This document shows, in pieces, positions 1 to 9,435 of a stretch of 64,000 nucleotides of DNA. The stretch lies in assembly GCA_963665125.2 (NCBI GenBank), contig CAXXUK010000001.1, positions 2,944,001-3,008,000 of the forward strand. The letters run 5' to 3'. The notes beneath the pieces were generated by a model. That model was not told the origin of the DNA, ran no database searches, and worked only from the letters and a program-made list of their open reading frames with translations. Both the position numbers and the translations under genes were made by a program. Position 1 is the stretch's first letter. Every line of letters begins with the position of its first letter. Source of the stretch: an uncultured Desulfarculus sp. (lineage in GTDB: Bacteria > Desulfobacterota > Desulfarculia > Desulfarculales > Desulfarculaceae).

Positions 1-585
1 ACCCAGGTGGGGGATGATCAGACGCAGGTCCGGGTGGCGTTCCAGCACCCGGCGCACCCGTTCCACCCCGGAGACGGTACGCACGTCCAGGCCATAGCCG
101 TTGACGCCACTACCCGAGCTGGGCTCGGTGCCCGCATGAGCATTGAGCAACGCCCCGCGTTCCACGCAGGCCCCAAGGATCGGCTCGAACATGGGATCAT
201 CAATGGGCAAACCCATGACGTGGTGGTGCAGTTTGACGCCCACGATATTGGGCCTGTCCAGGGCGCGGTTGATGATTCCCGCCGGATCTTCGTCCTGGGG
301 ATGCACCGCGGCCAGACCGCGCAGGTCCGGCGACCCTCCCACCAATCCGGCCAACATCTCATTGAACGACTCGGCCACGCCGGGCCTGTGGGCATAGACC
401 AGATAGACCTGGCCCGCCGCGCCGGAAGCGCGCAACAACTCAACGAGTTCCTCGGCTGGAAGCTTGTAGTGGCAGGGCCATGCGTATTCATCGAACCAAG
501 CCCACATGGCCTTGAACACGGGCAACGGAAAGGCGTGTACATGGGCGTCGATGACCGGGATGTCTGTCAGATCAGTAATGCGCAT
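1..585 (-). CDS. Amidohydrolase family 2 protein (partial, runs off window start)
   Basis: Not in the ORF track; manual translation from ATG 585 gives MRITDLTDIPVIDAHVHAFP...VGVKLHHHV...NAHAG...RLIIPHLG, with the HxH, KLH, H and PHLG metal-binding motifs. Confidence 0.85.
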   Translation of the reverse strand, partial: MRITDLTDIPVIDAHVHAFPLPVFKAMWAWFDEYAWPCHYKLPAEELVELLRASGAAGQVYLVYAHRPGVAESFNEMLAGLVGGSPDLRGLAAVHPQDEDPAGIINRALDRPNIVGVKLHHHVMGLPIDDPMFEPILGACVERGALLNAHAGTEPSSGSGVNGYGLDVRTVSGVERVRRVLERHPDLRLIIPHLG

Positions 586-634
586 TGATAAAGATTACGC
601 CTGAACATGGTTCATGCAAACGAATTTGAATCAG

Positions 635-958
635 CTAGACGTAGCGGTCCACCACATGAACCGATTCGATGGCCGGAATGTTGCCGTCATGGTCATATTG
701 GGGCATGCCCAGCAGCTTCACCGGGTGGTGGCCGGTGATGTCCTCGAACTGCTTTGCCGCTTCCTCGTCGTTGCACAGGGCGTGGTGGTAGGCCGAGCCG
801 TCCTGGCTCTTGAGGTTATAGGAGATGCCGTTGGGCGCGGCCACGTGCATGACCTTCAGTTCGGGATGCACATAGGCCTTGGAGCCGTCGGAAAAGTTTA
901 TCTGGGCCGTGCGCTGGGCCTCCTGGTTGGTCAGCACGGCCACGCCGTCAAAGACCAT
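635..958 (-). CDS. Hypothetical protein
   Basis: 107-aa ORF with GGAGG RBS upstream and protein-like composition; no recognised motif. Confidence 0.6.
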   Translation of the reverse strand: MVFDGVAVLTNQEAQRTAQINFSDGSKAYVHPELKVMHVAAPNGISYNLKSQDGSAYHHALCNDEEAAKQFEDITGHHPVKLLGMPQYDHDGNIPAIESVHVVDRYV

Positions 959-1175
959 AAGCGCCTCCGTGAAATGGCTTGATTAAAGTTTACACGACAG
1001 CCCGACCAATTGTCTCGGTTTGGCCGAAAAGAGCGCGGTTTGACCGCGGACCAACGCCGCGAGTATCATGAAAATAACAAGGTAACTGTAAATCACGGTT
1101 CAAAACGCCGAAATCAGCGGCAGCAGACAACCAGACGGCTGAGCATCGGGCTCCGGGCCGTTTAGAGGTGCGTGG

Positions 1176-1550
1176 ATGCAAACAAAGCTTGCCAACGCCA
1201 TTATTTGCACTGCGGTGTTTTTCTGCCTGATCACGGGCGCAAAAGCCGCCGCCTTTTGCGTGTTCAACCACTCCGATAAAAAAATCCAAGTTATCCAGGA
1301 GTCCGGCGGCAGCGACTGCTGGGGTTTTTGCCCCTGGCAGGCGGATATCGCTTCCGGAGACAAGTCCTGTTGCAACTGGCAGGACAGCAAGTGCAACAAG
1401 GAAGGGGAAAAAGACTCCATCGTCACCTTCAGTGTGCCCGCGCTTTATGAAGACAATGCCTATTATTGCCGCAGCGTAAAGGTAAAGGCGGGCGGATGGC
1501 TGAGCATCCATGGCTCGGGTCAAAACATAACCTGTGTAGCCCATTACTAA
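1176..1550 (+). CDS. Small secreted cysteine-rich protein
   Basis: Signal peptide ending AKA/AAA; 8 Cys in the mature part; GAGGTG RBS. Confidence 0.75.
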   Translation: MQTKLANAIICTAVFFCLITGAKAAAFCVFNHSDKKIQVIQESGGSDCWGFCPWQADIASGDKSCCNWQDSKCNKEGEKDSIVTFSVPALYEDNAYYCRSVKVKAGGWLSIHGSGQNITCVAHY

Positions 1551-1742
1551 GCAGCCCTTCCGGGCGTAACGGACATTAAAGGTTCGACCCGCGGCCGTTG
1601 GCACACGCCCTTACCGCGTTTGCGGCCAATTATCCCTGCGCAACCAACAGGCCATGCTTGCCTGAGACGCGCAAACAGCCCACAATGATCATTACCAAAG
1701 GAAACGGGAAACAACGTCATTTTCCATGGCTGGAGGATATCC

Positions 1743-2648
1743 GTGCAGATCGCCATGATCGGCCTGGGGCGCATGGGCCTGAATATGGCCCGCCGCCTGG
1801 CCAGAAGCGGCCACGACGTGGTCGCCTACAACCGGACCTATGAAAAGGCCCAAACATTCGCCGCCGAGGAAGGCGCCTCGGCCGTGGGCGTGCTGGCCGA
1901 CCTGGCCGACGTCCTGGCCCCGCCCAGGGTGGTCTGGCTGATGCTGCCCGCCGCCGCAGTGGACCAATACATAGAAAAACTGGCAGTCATCCTTGAGCCC
2001 GGCGACATCATCGTCGAGGGCGGCAACAGTTTTTACAAGGAAGACATGATCCGGGCCGGAGAGCTGGAGCCCACGGGCATCCGCTATATGGACGCGGGCG
2101 TCAGCGGCGGCATCTGGGGCCTGGAGGAGGGCTACTGCATCATGGCCGGGGGCGACGCCGAGACGTTCGCCGCCGTGGAACCGGCCCTGGCCTCCCTGGC
2201 CCCCGCCGACGGCTATCTGCACACCGGCCCGGTGGGCAGCGGCCACTTTGTCAAGATGATCCACAACGGCATCGAGTACGGCATGATGCAGGCCTATGCC
2301 GAGGGCTTCGAGCTGATGAAAGACGGCCCCTATGCCCAGCACCACGATTTCGCGGCCATCTGCCATCTGTGGATGCGCGGCTCGGTGGTGCGCTCCTGGC
2401 TCCTGGAGTTGATGGAGCGGGCCTTTGCCGACGACCCCAAGCTGGAGTCCCTGGCCGGGTATGTGGACGACAGCGGCGAGGGCCGCTGGACCGTGAACCA
2501 GGCCGTGGAAACGGCCACCAACGCCCCGGTGATCACCCTTTCGTTGATGAACCGCTTCCGCTCCCGGCGGCAAGAGACCTTTGGCGACAAGGTCCTGGCG
2601 GCCATGCGCAACCAGTTCGGCGGCCATGCCGTGAAAAAGGCCGACTAA
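1743..2648 (+). CDS. gnd: 6-phosphogluconate dehydrogenase, decarboxylating (short YqeC type)
   Basis: IGLGRMG, DAGVSGG, VKMIHNGIEYG, DSGEGRW and MRNQFGGH motifs. Confidence 0.95.
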   Translation: MQIAMIGLGRMGLNMARRLARSGHDVVAYNRTYEKAQTFAAEEGASAVGVLADLADVLAPPRVVWLMLPAAAVDQYIEKLAVILEPGDIIVEGGNSFYKEDMIRAGELEPTGIRYMDAGVSGGIWGLEEGYCIMAGGDAETFAAVEPALASLAPADGYLHTGPVGSGHFVKMIHNGIEYGMMQAYAEGFELMKDGPYAQHHDFAAICHLWMRGSVVRSWLLELMERAFADDPKLESLAGYVDDSGEGRWTVNQAVETATNAPVITLSLMNRFRSRRQETFGDKVLAAMRNQFGGHAVKKAD

Positions 2649-2663
2649 ATCCCGGAGGAGCCC

Positions 2664-3404
2664 ATGGCCCGCAAGTTGTTTCTTGTGCCGCTGGTTTTTT
2701 TGTTGTGGGTCTGCCCGGCGGTTGCCGGCCAAGGCCCGGACTATGAGATATGGGCCGGGCTGCTCGAGCGCCACGTCAGCGGCGGAGTGGTGGATTACGG
2801 CGGCTTCAAGGCCGAAGAATCCGAGCTTGACCGCTTTCTGGATTCCATGGCCCGGACGGAGATATACACCCTGGACCGGACGGCCCAAAAGGCCCTGTAC
2901 ATCAACGCCTACAACGCCTGGACCATCAAGCTGATCCTGGGCAAATACCCCGGCGTCAAATCCATCAAGGAGCTGGGCGGCATCTTCTCCACGCCTTGGA
3001 AAAAAAAATTCGTTTATCTGAGCGGCGAGAAGATCAGCCTGGACGACATCGAGCACAAGATCCTTCGGCAGAGGTTCAAGGACCCCAGGGTTCATTTCGC
3101 CATCAACTGCGCGTCCAAAAGCTGTCCGCCGCTGTCGAACCGGCCCTATCTGCCCCAGACCCTGGACGCCCAGCTCGACCAGGCGGCCACGGCGTTCGTC
3201 AACGACCATTGGCGGAACTATATCAGGGACCGGGTGCTGCTTCTGAGCAGCATCTTCAAGTGGTTTGCCGAAGATTTCAACGACGATCCGGCGGGATTTG
3301 TCCTGCAATACGCCACGGGTGATTTTAAGCGGGAATTGGAAGAGATCCATCCCGGCGTCAAGATCATTTATCTGGAATACGACTGGTCCTTGAACGGCAA
3401 ATAA
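2664..3404 (+). CDS. DUF547 domain periplasmic protein
   Basis: Signal peptide; INAYNA, LDDIEH, DPRVHFAINCASKSCP and YDWSLN motifs. Confidence 0.9.
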   Translation: MARKLFLVPLVFLLWVCPAVAGQGPDYEIWAGLLERHVSGGVVDYGGFKAEESELDRFLDSMARTEIYTLDRTAQKALYINAYNAWTIKLILGKYPGVKSIKELGGIFSTPWKKKFVYLSGEKISLDDIEHKILRQRFKDPRVHFAINCASKSCPPLSNRPYLPQTLDAQLDQAATAFVNDHWRNYIRDRVLLLSSIFKWFAEDFNDDPAGFVLQYATGDFKRELEEIHPGVKIIYLEYDWSLNGK

Positions 3405-3415
3405 CAAGGCAAGGT

Positions 3416-4873
3416 ATGGCCAATTTCGACTATGACCTGGGTATCATCGGCGGCGGTGCGGCCGGGCTGACCACGGCCTCGGGCGCGGCCCAACTGGGGG
3501 CCAAGGTCCTGCTCATCGAAAAGGAGCCCCGTCTGGGCGGCGACTGCCTGCACTACGGCTGCGTGCCCAGCAAGACGCTGATCAACAGCGCCCGCGTCTA
3601 TCACCTGATGAAATCCGGCCCAGAGTTCGGCCTGCCCGCCATCGAACCGCCGCCGGTGGATTTCCGGGATATCGCGGGGCGCATCGCCGGGGTCATCACC
3701 GAGATCCAGAAGCATGATTCCGTGGAGCGCTTCTGCGGCCTGGGCGCGAGGGTGGAGTTCGGCTCTGCGAGTTTTGCCGACGAGCATTGTGTGGACCTGG
3801 GCGGCAGGCGCTTCAGCGCGGCAAGCTGGCTGGTGGCCACAGGATCATCGCCCGCCGCGCCGCCGGTTCCGGGACTGGGCGAGGTGCCGTATCTGACCAA
3901 CCGCGACATCTTCAGCCTGGACAGGCTGCCGGACTCGCTGATCATCCTGGGCGCAGGGCCCATTGCCATCGAGATGGCCCAGGCCTTCCGACGCCTGGGC
4001 AGCCGGGTCACGGTGATCCAGCGCTCGGGCCAGATCCTTAGCAGGGAAGACCAAGACATGGCCAATATCATCCAGGCCTGCCTGGAGGCCGAGGGCGTGG
4101 TTTTCAAGCTGGGCGTGGCCATAGAGCGGGCCGAGTCGGCGGGGGCGATTCGCCGGGTGATCGTTGAGGACCACGGCGTGGAGCAGGCCGTTGAAGGCGA
4201 CGCCATCTTGGTGGCCCTGGGCCGCGTGGCCAATGTGGACGGCCTGGGCCTGGACCGGGCCGGGGTGAAATACAGCCCCAAGGGCATCGACGTTGACTCC
4301 CGCCTGCGCACCAGCCAAAAGCACATCTTCGCCGCCGGTGACGTGACCGGCAAATACCAGTTCACCCATGCCGCGGGATACGAGGGCGGCGTGGTCCTGG
4401 CCAACGCGGTGTTTCACCTGCCCCGCCGGGCCGACTACAACCGCCTGCCCTGGTGCACCTACACCGATCCTGAGCTGGCCTCGCTGGGCCTCAATGAAAA
4501 GGCGGCCCAGGAAGCGGGCATCGAATACGAGGTCTGGACCGAACGTTTCGAGGCCAACGACCGGGCCCTGGCCCAGGGGCGCGGCCAAGGCATGATCAAG
4601 ATGCTGGTCAATGAAAAGGAAAAGCCCATCGGCGTACAGATCGCGGGTCCGCACGCCGGTGAGCTTATCAACGAATGGGTGGCCGTGATGGGCGGCAACG
4701 TGGGCCTGGCTACTTTGGCCTCGGCCATCCACCCCTACCCCACCCTGGGCGAGATCAACAAACGTGTGGCCGCCGACCTGCTGCAACCCAAGCTGTTCAG
4801 CCCCCGGATTCAAAAAGGCCTCAAGCTGCTGTTCCACCTCAAGGGCAGGGCCTGCCCGGCCCAAGAGGATTAG
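3416..4873 (+). CDS. FAD-dependent pyridine nucleotide-disulfide oxidoreductase (LPD/MerA-like family)
   Basis: GGGAAG, GGDCLHYGCVPSK redox disulfide, GAGPIA, GDVTG and HPYPT motifs. Confidence 0.9.
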   Translation: MANFDYDLGIIGGGAAGLTTASGAAQLGAKVLLIEKEPRLGGDCLHYGCVPSKTLINSARVYHLMKSGPEFGLPAIEPPPVDFRDIAGRIAGVITEIQKHDSVERFCGLGARVEFGSASFADEHCVDLGGRRFSAASWLVATGSSPAAPPVPGLGEVPYLTNRDIFSLDRLPDSLIILGAGPIAIEMAQAFRRLGSRVTVIQRSGQILSREDQDMANIIQACLEAEGVVFKLGVAIERAESAGAIRRVIVEDHGVEQAVEGDAILVALGRVANVDGLGLDRAGVKYSPKGIDVDSRLRTSQKHIFAAGDVTGKYQFTHAAGYEGGVVLANAVFHLPRRADYNRLPWCTYTDPELASLGLNEKAAQEAGIEYEVWTERFEANDRALAQGRGQGMIKMLVNEKEKPIGVQIAGPHAGELINEWVAVMGGNVGLATLASAIHPYPTLGEINKRVAADLLQPKLFSPRIQKGLKLLFHLKGRACPAQED

Positions 4874-4875
4874 AC

Positions 4876-5523
4876 CTAATCAGCCTCCAGGGCCTCGGTC
4901 AAAAGCTGCTTCAAGCGGTCCAGGGTCACCGGCACGCCCTGCATGGGAATACCCATCCAGTCGGAATAGTCCAGGATCTCCTCGGGGTGCTCGTTTAGGT
5001 ATTGTTCGCACAGGCCGATCCCGTCCAGGACCATGCAGCCGCCGGTGTGCCGGGGGAAGTTCTCGTTGGCCAGGCCCTTGTCCCAGCCCTTGAACACGGC
5101 CTTGCGGAACTTGACCCAGCCCGGCGTCATCCACCAGACCTTTTGCCCGGCGGCCATTTCATCGCGCTCGGCCTCGGAGGCCACCATGTCCATGCAGTGG
5201 GTGGCCCGCACCCGCTTGACCTTGGGGCCCAACTCCTCGATGACCTTGGCCATGGTCCGGGTGGGCTCGTTGGCGTTGACATAGCAGAACTTGCCGCCGT
5301 AGACCACGATGACGCGGTCGAAATCCTGGGCCGCCTTTTTCACCGCCTCGGTGAGCTGGCGCTCCAGCTCGGGGCAGTCCTGGTGCAGTCCAGGCGTGGT
5401 GTAGATGATCTTTCCGGCATTGAGGAAGCCCTCGTCCTTTAGGTAGTTCAATTCCGGGGCCATGGTCCCGCAGGATACAATCGCCGCTCTGCTGAAATCA
5501 GGACTGCTCATAACCGTCTCCAT
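4876..5523 (-). CDS. DUF1638 domain protein
   Basis: SCGTMAPEL, PGLH, VYGGKFC, HCMDM and WMTPGW motifs; 35 bp downstream of the hdrD-like gene. Confidence 0.8.
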   Translation of the reverse strand: METVMSSPDFSRAAIVSCGTMAPELNYLKDEGFLNAGKIIYTTPGLHQDCPELERQLTEAVKKAAQDFDRVIVVYGGKFCYVNANEPTRTMAKVIEELGPKVKRVRATHCMDMVASEAERDEMAAGQKVWWMTPGWVKFRKAVFKGWDKGLANENFPRHTGGCMVLDGIGLCEQYLNEHPEEILDYSDWMGIPMQGVPVTLDRLKQLLTEALEAD

Positions 5524-5558
5524 TCAATGGTGCGCGCCGGGCCGCCCCGGCGCGATGC

Positions 5559-6704
5559 TCAGGCCGAATCACCGGCCAACAGTTCGCTTATTTCCACTAT
5601 CTCCAGAGTGCCCTCCAGGTCGGCGGTTTTGCAACTGTCTTCCAACAGGGAGATGCAATACGGGCACGACGTGGCAAGCACCTCGGCCCCGGCCTCGGCA
5701 GCCTCTTTGACCCGCAGCACGCTGAAGCGCTGCTCGGGCAGGGTCTCCATCCACACCCGGCCGCCTCCGCCGCCGCAGCACAGGGAGAAATCGCCTTCCC
5801 GCTCAAGGGGCACCAACTCGGCCCCGGCGGCCCGGATCAGATCCCTGGGCTCCTCAAAGACCCGGCTGTGCCGTCCCAGATAACAGGGATCGTGGAAGGC
5901 CACCTTGCGGCCGTCGGCTCCCCGGAGCTTGAGCTTGCCCTGGGCCGCCAGATGGGCCAGCAGCTGGCTGGAGTGGATTACTTCATATTGGCCGCCCAAC
6001 TCGGGGTAATCCGCGCTGAAGGCCTTGAGGCAGTGGGGGCTGGTGGTGATGATCTTCTTGACGCCCCGGCCGTTGAACAGCTCGATGTTGGCCTGGGCCA
6101 GCTTGCCGAACAGCTCCTCGTCGCCGCTGGCGCGGATGCTTTCGCCGCAGCATGACTCCTCGGCGCCGATGACGCCGTAGGACACCCCGGCGGCGTCCAG
6201 CAGGCCCACCAGGCTGCGGGCGATGTTCTGGCTGCGCTGGTCATAACAGGAGGTGCAGCAGACGAACAGCAGATACTCGGTGTCAGGGCCGTACTGGGGC
6301 ACGTCCAGGCCCTTGGCCCAGGCCATGCGGTCTTCGCGCTTACCGGACCAGGGGTTGCCGTTGGCGTGGCAGGAGCCGCTGGCGGCCTTGAGGGTCTCGG
6401 GCCGGGCCCCGGCCTCGGTGACCATGGCCCGCATGGAGCGCATGATGCCGATGATGTCCACCTCACGGGGGCAGTTGATCACGCACTTTTTGCATGTGGT
6501 GCAACCGAATAGGATGTCCTCGGTTTCATAGCCTTCCAGGCCCAGCTGACCCATGCGGATCATCTGGCGGGCGAAAAAGGGGCTTTCCACCTCGCGCCAG
6601 GGGCAAACAGAGGCGCACAACCCGCATTGCATGCAGGTGTTCAAGTCTTCGCCGCCATAGGCCCGGATGGCCTCGTTTACTTCCAAAAAGGGAATTTCCG
6701 CCAT
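5559..6704 (-). CDS. HdrD-like heterodisulfide reductase catalytic subunit (2x[4Fe-4S] plus two CCG domains)
   Basis: CMQCGLCASVCP, CTTCKKCVINCP, ESCCG, HDPCYLGRH, CCGGGGG and SCPYC motifs; start placed at MAEIPF after AGGAG. Confidence 0.9.
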   Translation of the reverse strand: MAEIPFLEVNEAIRAYGGEDLNTCMQCGLCASVCPWREVESPFFARQMIRMGQLGLEGYETEDILFGCTTCKKCVINCPREVDIIGIMRSMRAMVTEAGARPETLKAASGSCHANGNPWSGKREDRMAWAKGLDVPQYGPDTEYLLFVCCTSCYDQRSQNIARSLVGLLDAAGVSYGVIGAEESCCGESIRASGDEELFGKLAQANIELFNGRGVKKIITTSPHCLKAFSADYPELGGQYEVIHSSQLLAHLAAQGKLKLRGADGRKVAFHDPCYLGRHSRVFEEPRDLIRAAGAELVPLEREGDFSLCCGGGGGRVWMETLPEQRFSVLRVKEAAEAGAEVLATSCPYCISLLEDSCKTADLEGTLEIVEISELLAGDSA

Positions 6705-6753
6705 TGGTGGCTCCTTGGCGCTGACGCGCCCTGAATGAGCGGTGGGCCCGGCT

Positions 6754-6782
6754 GTCATCGGGCACAAGAGATGCCCAATGAC
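6754..6782 (-). other. Intra-operon hairpin between dsrE and hdrD
   Basis: GTCATCGGGCA-N7-TGCCCAATGAC, 11-bp stem with one G-U pair on the minus strand; no U-tract. Confidence 0.45.
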
Positions 6783-6808
6783 CCCGTGCGTCTTGTCTTG
6801 CCCGTCCG

Positions 6809-7180
6809 CTAGTAGACCAAGGTCGCGTTGGCGCTGAGCAGTTCCTGGGTCAGCTTGGCCGCGGCCATCATCTCGGCGCCCTCGATAAGGTCGGCCTCGT
6901 CGATCTTGCGCTCCCGGATACAGGGCACGCAGACCATCAGGCGACCGCCCTGGGCCATAAAATTGTCCACCAGTTCTTTAAGGGGAGGCAGACCGGCGGC
7001 GAATACGTGCTGCATGCAGTCTCCCTTGGCCAGGGTCACGGCCGTGCCCTGCAGGGCCACCACGGCCTCTACTTCCATGGCCAGGGCGGCGTTGGCCAGC
7101 ACAAAGGGCAGAGAGGCTTTTTCCGGGTTTTCGGCGCCGTGGGTGACGATGTAGACGATCTTTTCAGTCTGTTCGCTCAT
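6809..7180 (-). CDS. DsrE family sulfur-transfer protein
   Basis: THGAENPEKASLPF, VALQGTAV and LMVCVPC motifs; 123 aa. Confidence 0.85.
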   Translation of the reverse strand: MSEQTEKIVYIVTHGAENPEKASLPFVLANAALAMEVEAVVALQGTAVTLAKGDCMQHVFAAGLPPLKELVDNFMAQGGRLMVCVPCIRERKIDEADLIEGAEMMAAAKLTQELLSANATLVY

Positions 7181-7232
7181 GGGATATATCCTTTCAAAAT
7201 TTATTTATTTTTTGCTGGTCCGCCGCATTTTG

Positions 7233-7529
7233 TCAGCAGGCGGCCTTGTCCGGGTAAACCAGTTGATATTTGAAGTAATCGCCGTCCTTGCCAGCCTCGC
7301 CGACCATGCCGTACTTGCGCATGGCCGACAAATACCATATGGCATCGCCGGGCGGCATTTCCAGGTCCTGGGCCACCTCCACCGGGGTGGCCGGACCCTG
7401 GGCCAGGCGCGCCTTTATGCGGTCCAGATACTTTTTCTGCTGCTTGGCCGCGGCGGCATTGGCCTTGATGGCCTCGGCGCGTTCTTTTTTCAGGGCCTTG
7501 AGGGCCTCCATGCGTTGTTCCTGATTCAT
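7233..7529 (-). CDS. Small winged-helix-like protein
   Basis: 98 aa from MNQEQ; TPVEVAQDLEMPPGDAIWYLSAMRKYGMV wHTH pattern; start overlaps the hdrA stop. Confidence 0.75.
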   Translation of the reverse strand: MNQEQRMEALKALKKERAEAIKANAAAAKQQKKYLDRIKARLAQGPATPVEVAQDLEMPPGDAIWYLSAMRKYGMVGEAGKDGDYFKYQLVYPDKAAC

Positions 7530-9415
7530 GATGTCGCTCCCGGGGCCATGGTTTGGGCCACGATGGCGTCGACCATGGTTTCGTATTGGCCCAGGGTCCA
7601 GCCGGCCAGTTCGATGGCCCCCTCTGGGCAGGCGGCCACGCAGACCCCGCAGCCCATGCACAGGGCAGGGTTGACCCTGGCCCTCAGGCCGTCCGCCGTC
7701 CGGACCATCTCGATGGTCTCGTCGGCCAGGCAGGCCTCCACGCAGGCTTCGCAGCCGGTGCACTTGGCCTCGTCGATCTCGGCCACGAAGGGGTCCAGCT
7801 CCACATGCCCGGCGCTGAGGATGGCCCCGGCCTTGGCCGCCGCCGCCCCGGCCGCGTTGGCCGCCTCGCTGGAGTCCATGGGGGCCTGGCAGGCCCCGGC
7901 CAGGTAAATGCCAGCCGCGGGCAGTTCCACGGGCCGCAGCTTGGGATGCACCTCCAGCAGGAAGCGGTCCGCGCCCAGGGGCAGCTTCATCTTTTCTACC
8001 AATGACTGGTTGTCGCGGGGCTCCATGCCCACGGCCAGGACCACCAGGTCCACGCCGATGGCCAGTTCCTCGCCGCCCAGCAGCTTGTCGGGCACGGTGA
8101 CGGTCAGGGCCGTTTCGTCGTCGCCCGCGCTAATCACCGGCGGGGCCTCGGGCTCGAAGCGCACGAAGATCACCCCGGAGCGGCTGGCGTTCAGGTAATA
8201 GTCCTCATGGCCCCGGCCATAGGTGCGGATGTCGCGGTATAGCTCGAAGACGTTGGTCTCGGGGAACTTTTCGCGCAGTTCGCACGAGGCCTGGAGGCTG
8301 GCCGTGCAGCAGACCCGCGAACAGTGCTGGTTGAGCTTGCCGTCCGGGCCGGGCTGGTGCACGCCGGGAATCTGGCGGCTGCCCACGCAGTGGATCATGG
8401 CCACGCTGGAAATGGGTTTGCCGTTTACCACCAGCTGATCGCCGCCGGGCTCCTGGGCCATGATCCGGATCAGCTCGGGCAGGGTGATTACCTCGGGCAT
8501 GTCGCCGTAGCCGTATTCACTACGGCGGGGCATGTAGTGTTCAAAGCCGGTGGCCAGGACCATGGCCCCGCTGACCAGCTCGATGTCCTCGGCCTGGGCC
8601 GGGGGCTCGGCGGGCAATACGCCGACAAACGGCGTGAACTCACCCTGCTTGGCCAGGCCCAGCATTTCCAGTTCATCGCCCGTAGGCGGGGTGCGCCGGG
8701 CCTTTAGCTTGAAGTTGCCCACGTAGCCGGAGTACTCGGCCAGTTCGGTGCAGGTATAGACGCTGATGCGCTGGTCGGCCATGACCTGGGCTGCCAGGTC
8801 GCTGATCAGCTCACTCGCCGCCTCGCCGTTGGGGAAGGTGCGGTCCAACTGGGCCACTTGCCCGCCCAGGAAGGGGCTCTTTTCCAGCAGGGCCACTTGC
8901 AGGCCCTGAGCCGCCAGATCCCTGGCCGCGCTCATGCCGGCCACGCCGCCGCCGATCACCGTGGCGTGGGCCTCAGCATCGACCCGGATGGGCTCCAGGG
9001 GCTCCAGTTCACCGGCCTTGGCCACGGCGGCGGCCACCAATGCCGTGGCCTTGCCCGTGGCTCCGGGGCCGTGATGGACCCAGGAGACCTGCTCGCGGAT
9101 GTTGGCGTGCTCGTACAGATACGGGCTCATGCCCGCCCTGGTGATGGCCCCGCGAAAGGTGGTCTCGTGCAGGGACGGGGCGCAGGAGGCCACCACGATG
9201 CGGTTGACCTTGCCCGACTTGATATCCTCGATAATCATTTCCTGGCCGGGGTCCGAGCACATGAAGCTGTTTTCCCTGGCCACGGCCACGTTTTCCAGGC
9301 CTCCGGTCTGTTCGACGACCTCGGCCACGTCCACGTGGTCGGAGATGTTGCCGCCGCAGTGGCAGACATACACGCCGATCTTGGGCTTTTCTTGGCCTTC
9401 GTTGATCTTGCTCAT
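7526..9415 (-). CDS. hdrA: HdrA-like flavoprotein with N-terminal domain and C-terminal ferredoxin
   Basis: VYVCHCGGNI, MCSDPGQ, ANIREQ, GGGVAG, CVGSR...CSRVCC, HPKLRP and two C-terminal CxxCxxCxxxC motifs; start MSKINE after AGGAG. Confidence 0.92.
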   Translation of the reverse strand: MSKINEGQEKPKIGVYVCHCGGNISDHVDVAEVVEQTGGLENVAVARENSFMCSDPGQEMIIEDIKSGKVNRIVVASCAPSLHETTFRGAITRAGMSPYLYEHANIREQVSWVHHGPGATGKATALVAAAVAKAGELEPLEPIRVDAEAHATVIGGGVAGMSAARDLAAQGLQVALLEKSPFLGGQVAQLDRTFPNGEAASELISDLAAQVMADQRISVYTCTELAEYSGYVGNFKLKARRTPPTGDELEMLGLAKQGEFTPFVGVLPAEPPAQAEDIELVSGAMVLATGFEHYMPRRSEYGYGDMPEVITLPELIRIMAQEPGGDQLVVNGKPISSVAMIHCVGSRQIPGVHQPGPDGKLNQHCSRVCCTASLQASCELREKFPETNVFELYRDIRTYGRGHEDYYLNASRSGVIFVRFEPEAPPVISAGDDETALTVTVPDKLLGGEELAIGVDLVVLAVGMEPRDNQSLVEKMKLPLGADRFLLEVHPKLRPVELPAAGIYLAGACQAPMDSSEAANAAGAAAAKAGAILSAGHVELDPFVAEIDEAKCTGCEACVEACLADETIEMVRTADGLRARVNPALCMGCGVCVAACPEGAIELAGWTLGQYETMVDAIVAQTMAPGATS

Positions 9416-9435
9416 AATCAATAATCTCCTCTGGC

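Noticed and set aside
1692..3407. Long antisense ORFs (e.g. 1692-3407, 34045-35373, 55809-57347, 59524-61086)
   Set aside because: Shadow frames of well-supported genes in high-GC DNA
3416..4873. Mercuric reductase MerA or true dihydrolipoamide dehydrogenase
   Set aside because: No N-terminal HMA domain, no C-terminal CC pair and no mer genes; HPYPT rather than the LPD HAHPT; left as a family-level call
7200..7238. Selenocysteine readthrough at the TGC-TGA end of the wHTH gene, and Sec in HdrA/MvhD
   Set aside because: No SECIS-like hairpin follows the TGA, and the Hdr/Mvh ORFs are uninterrupted
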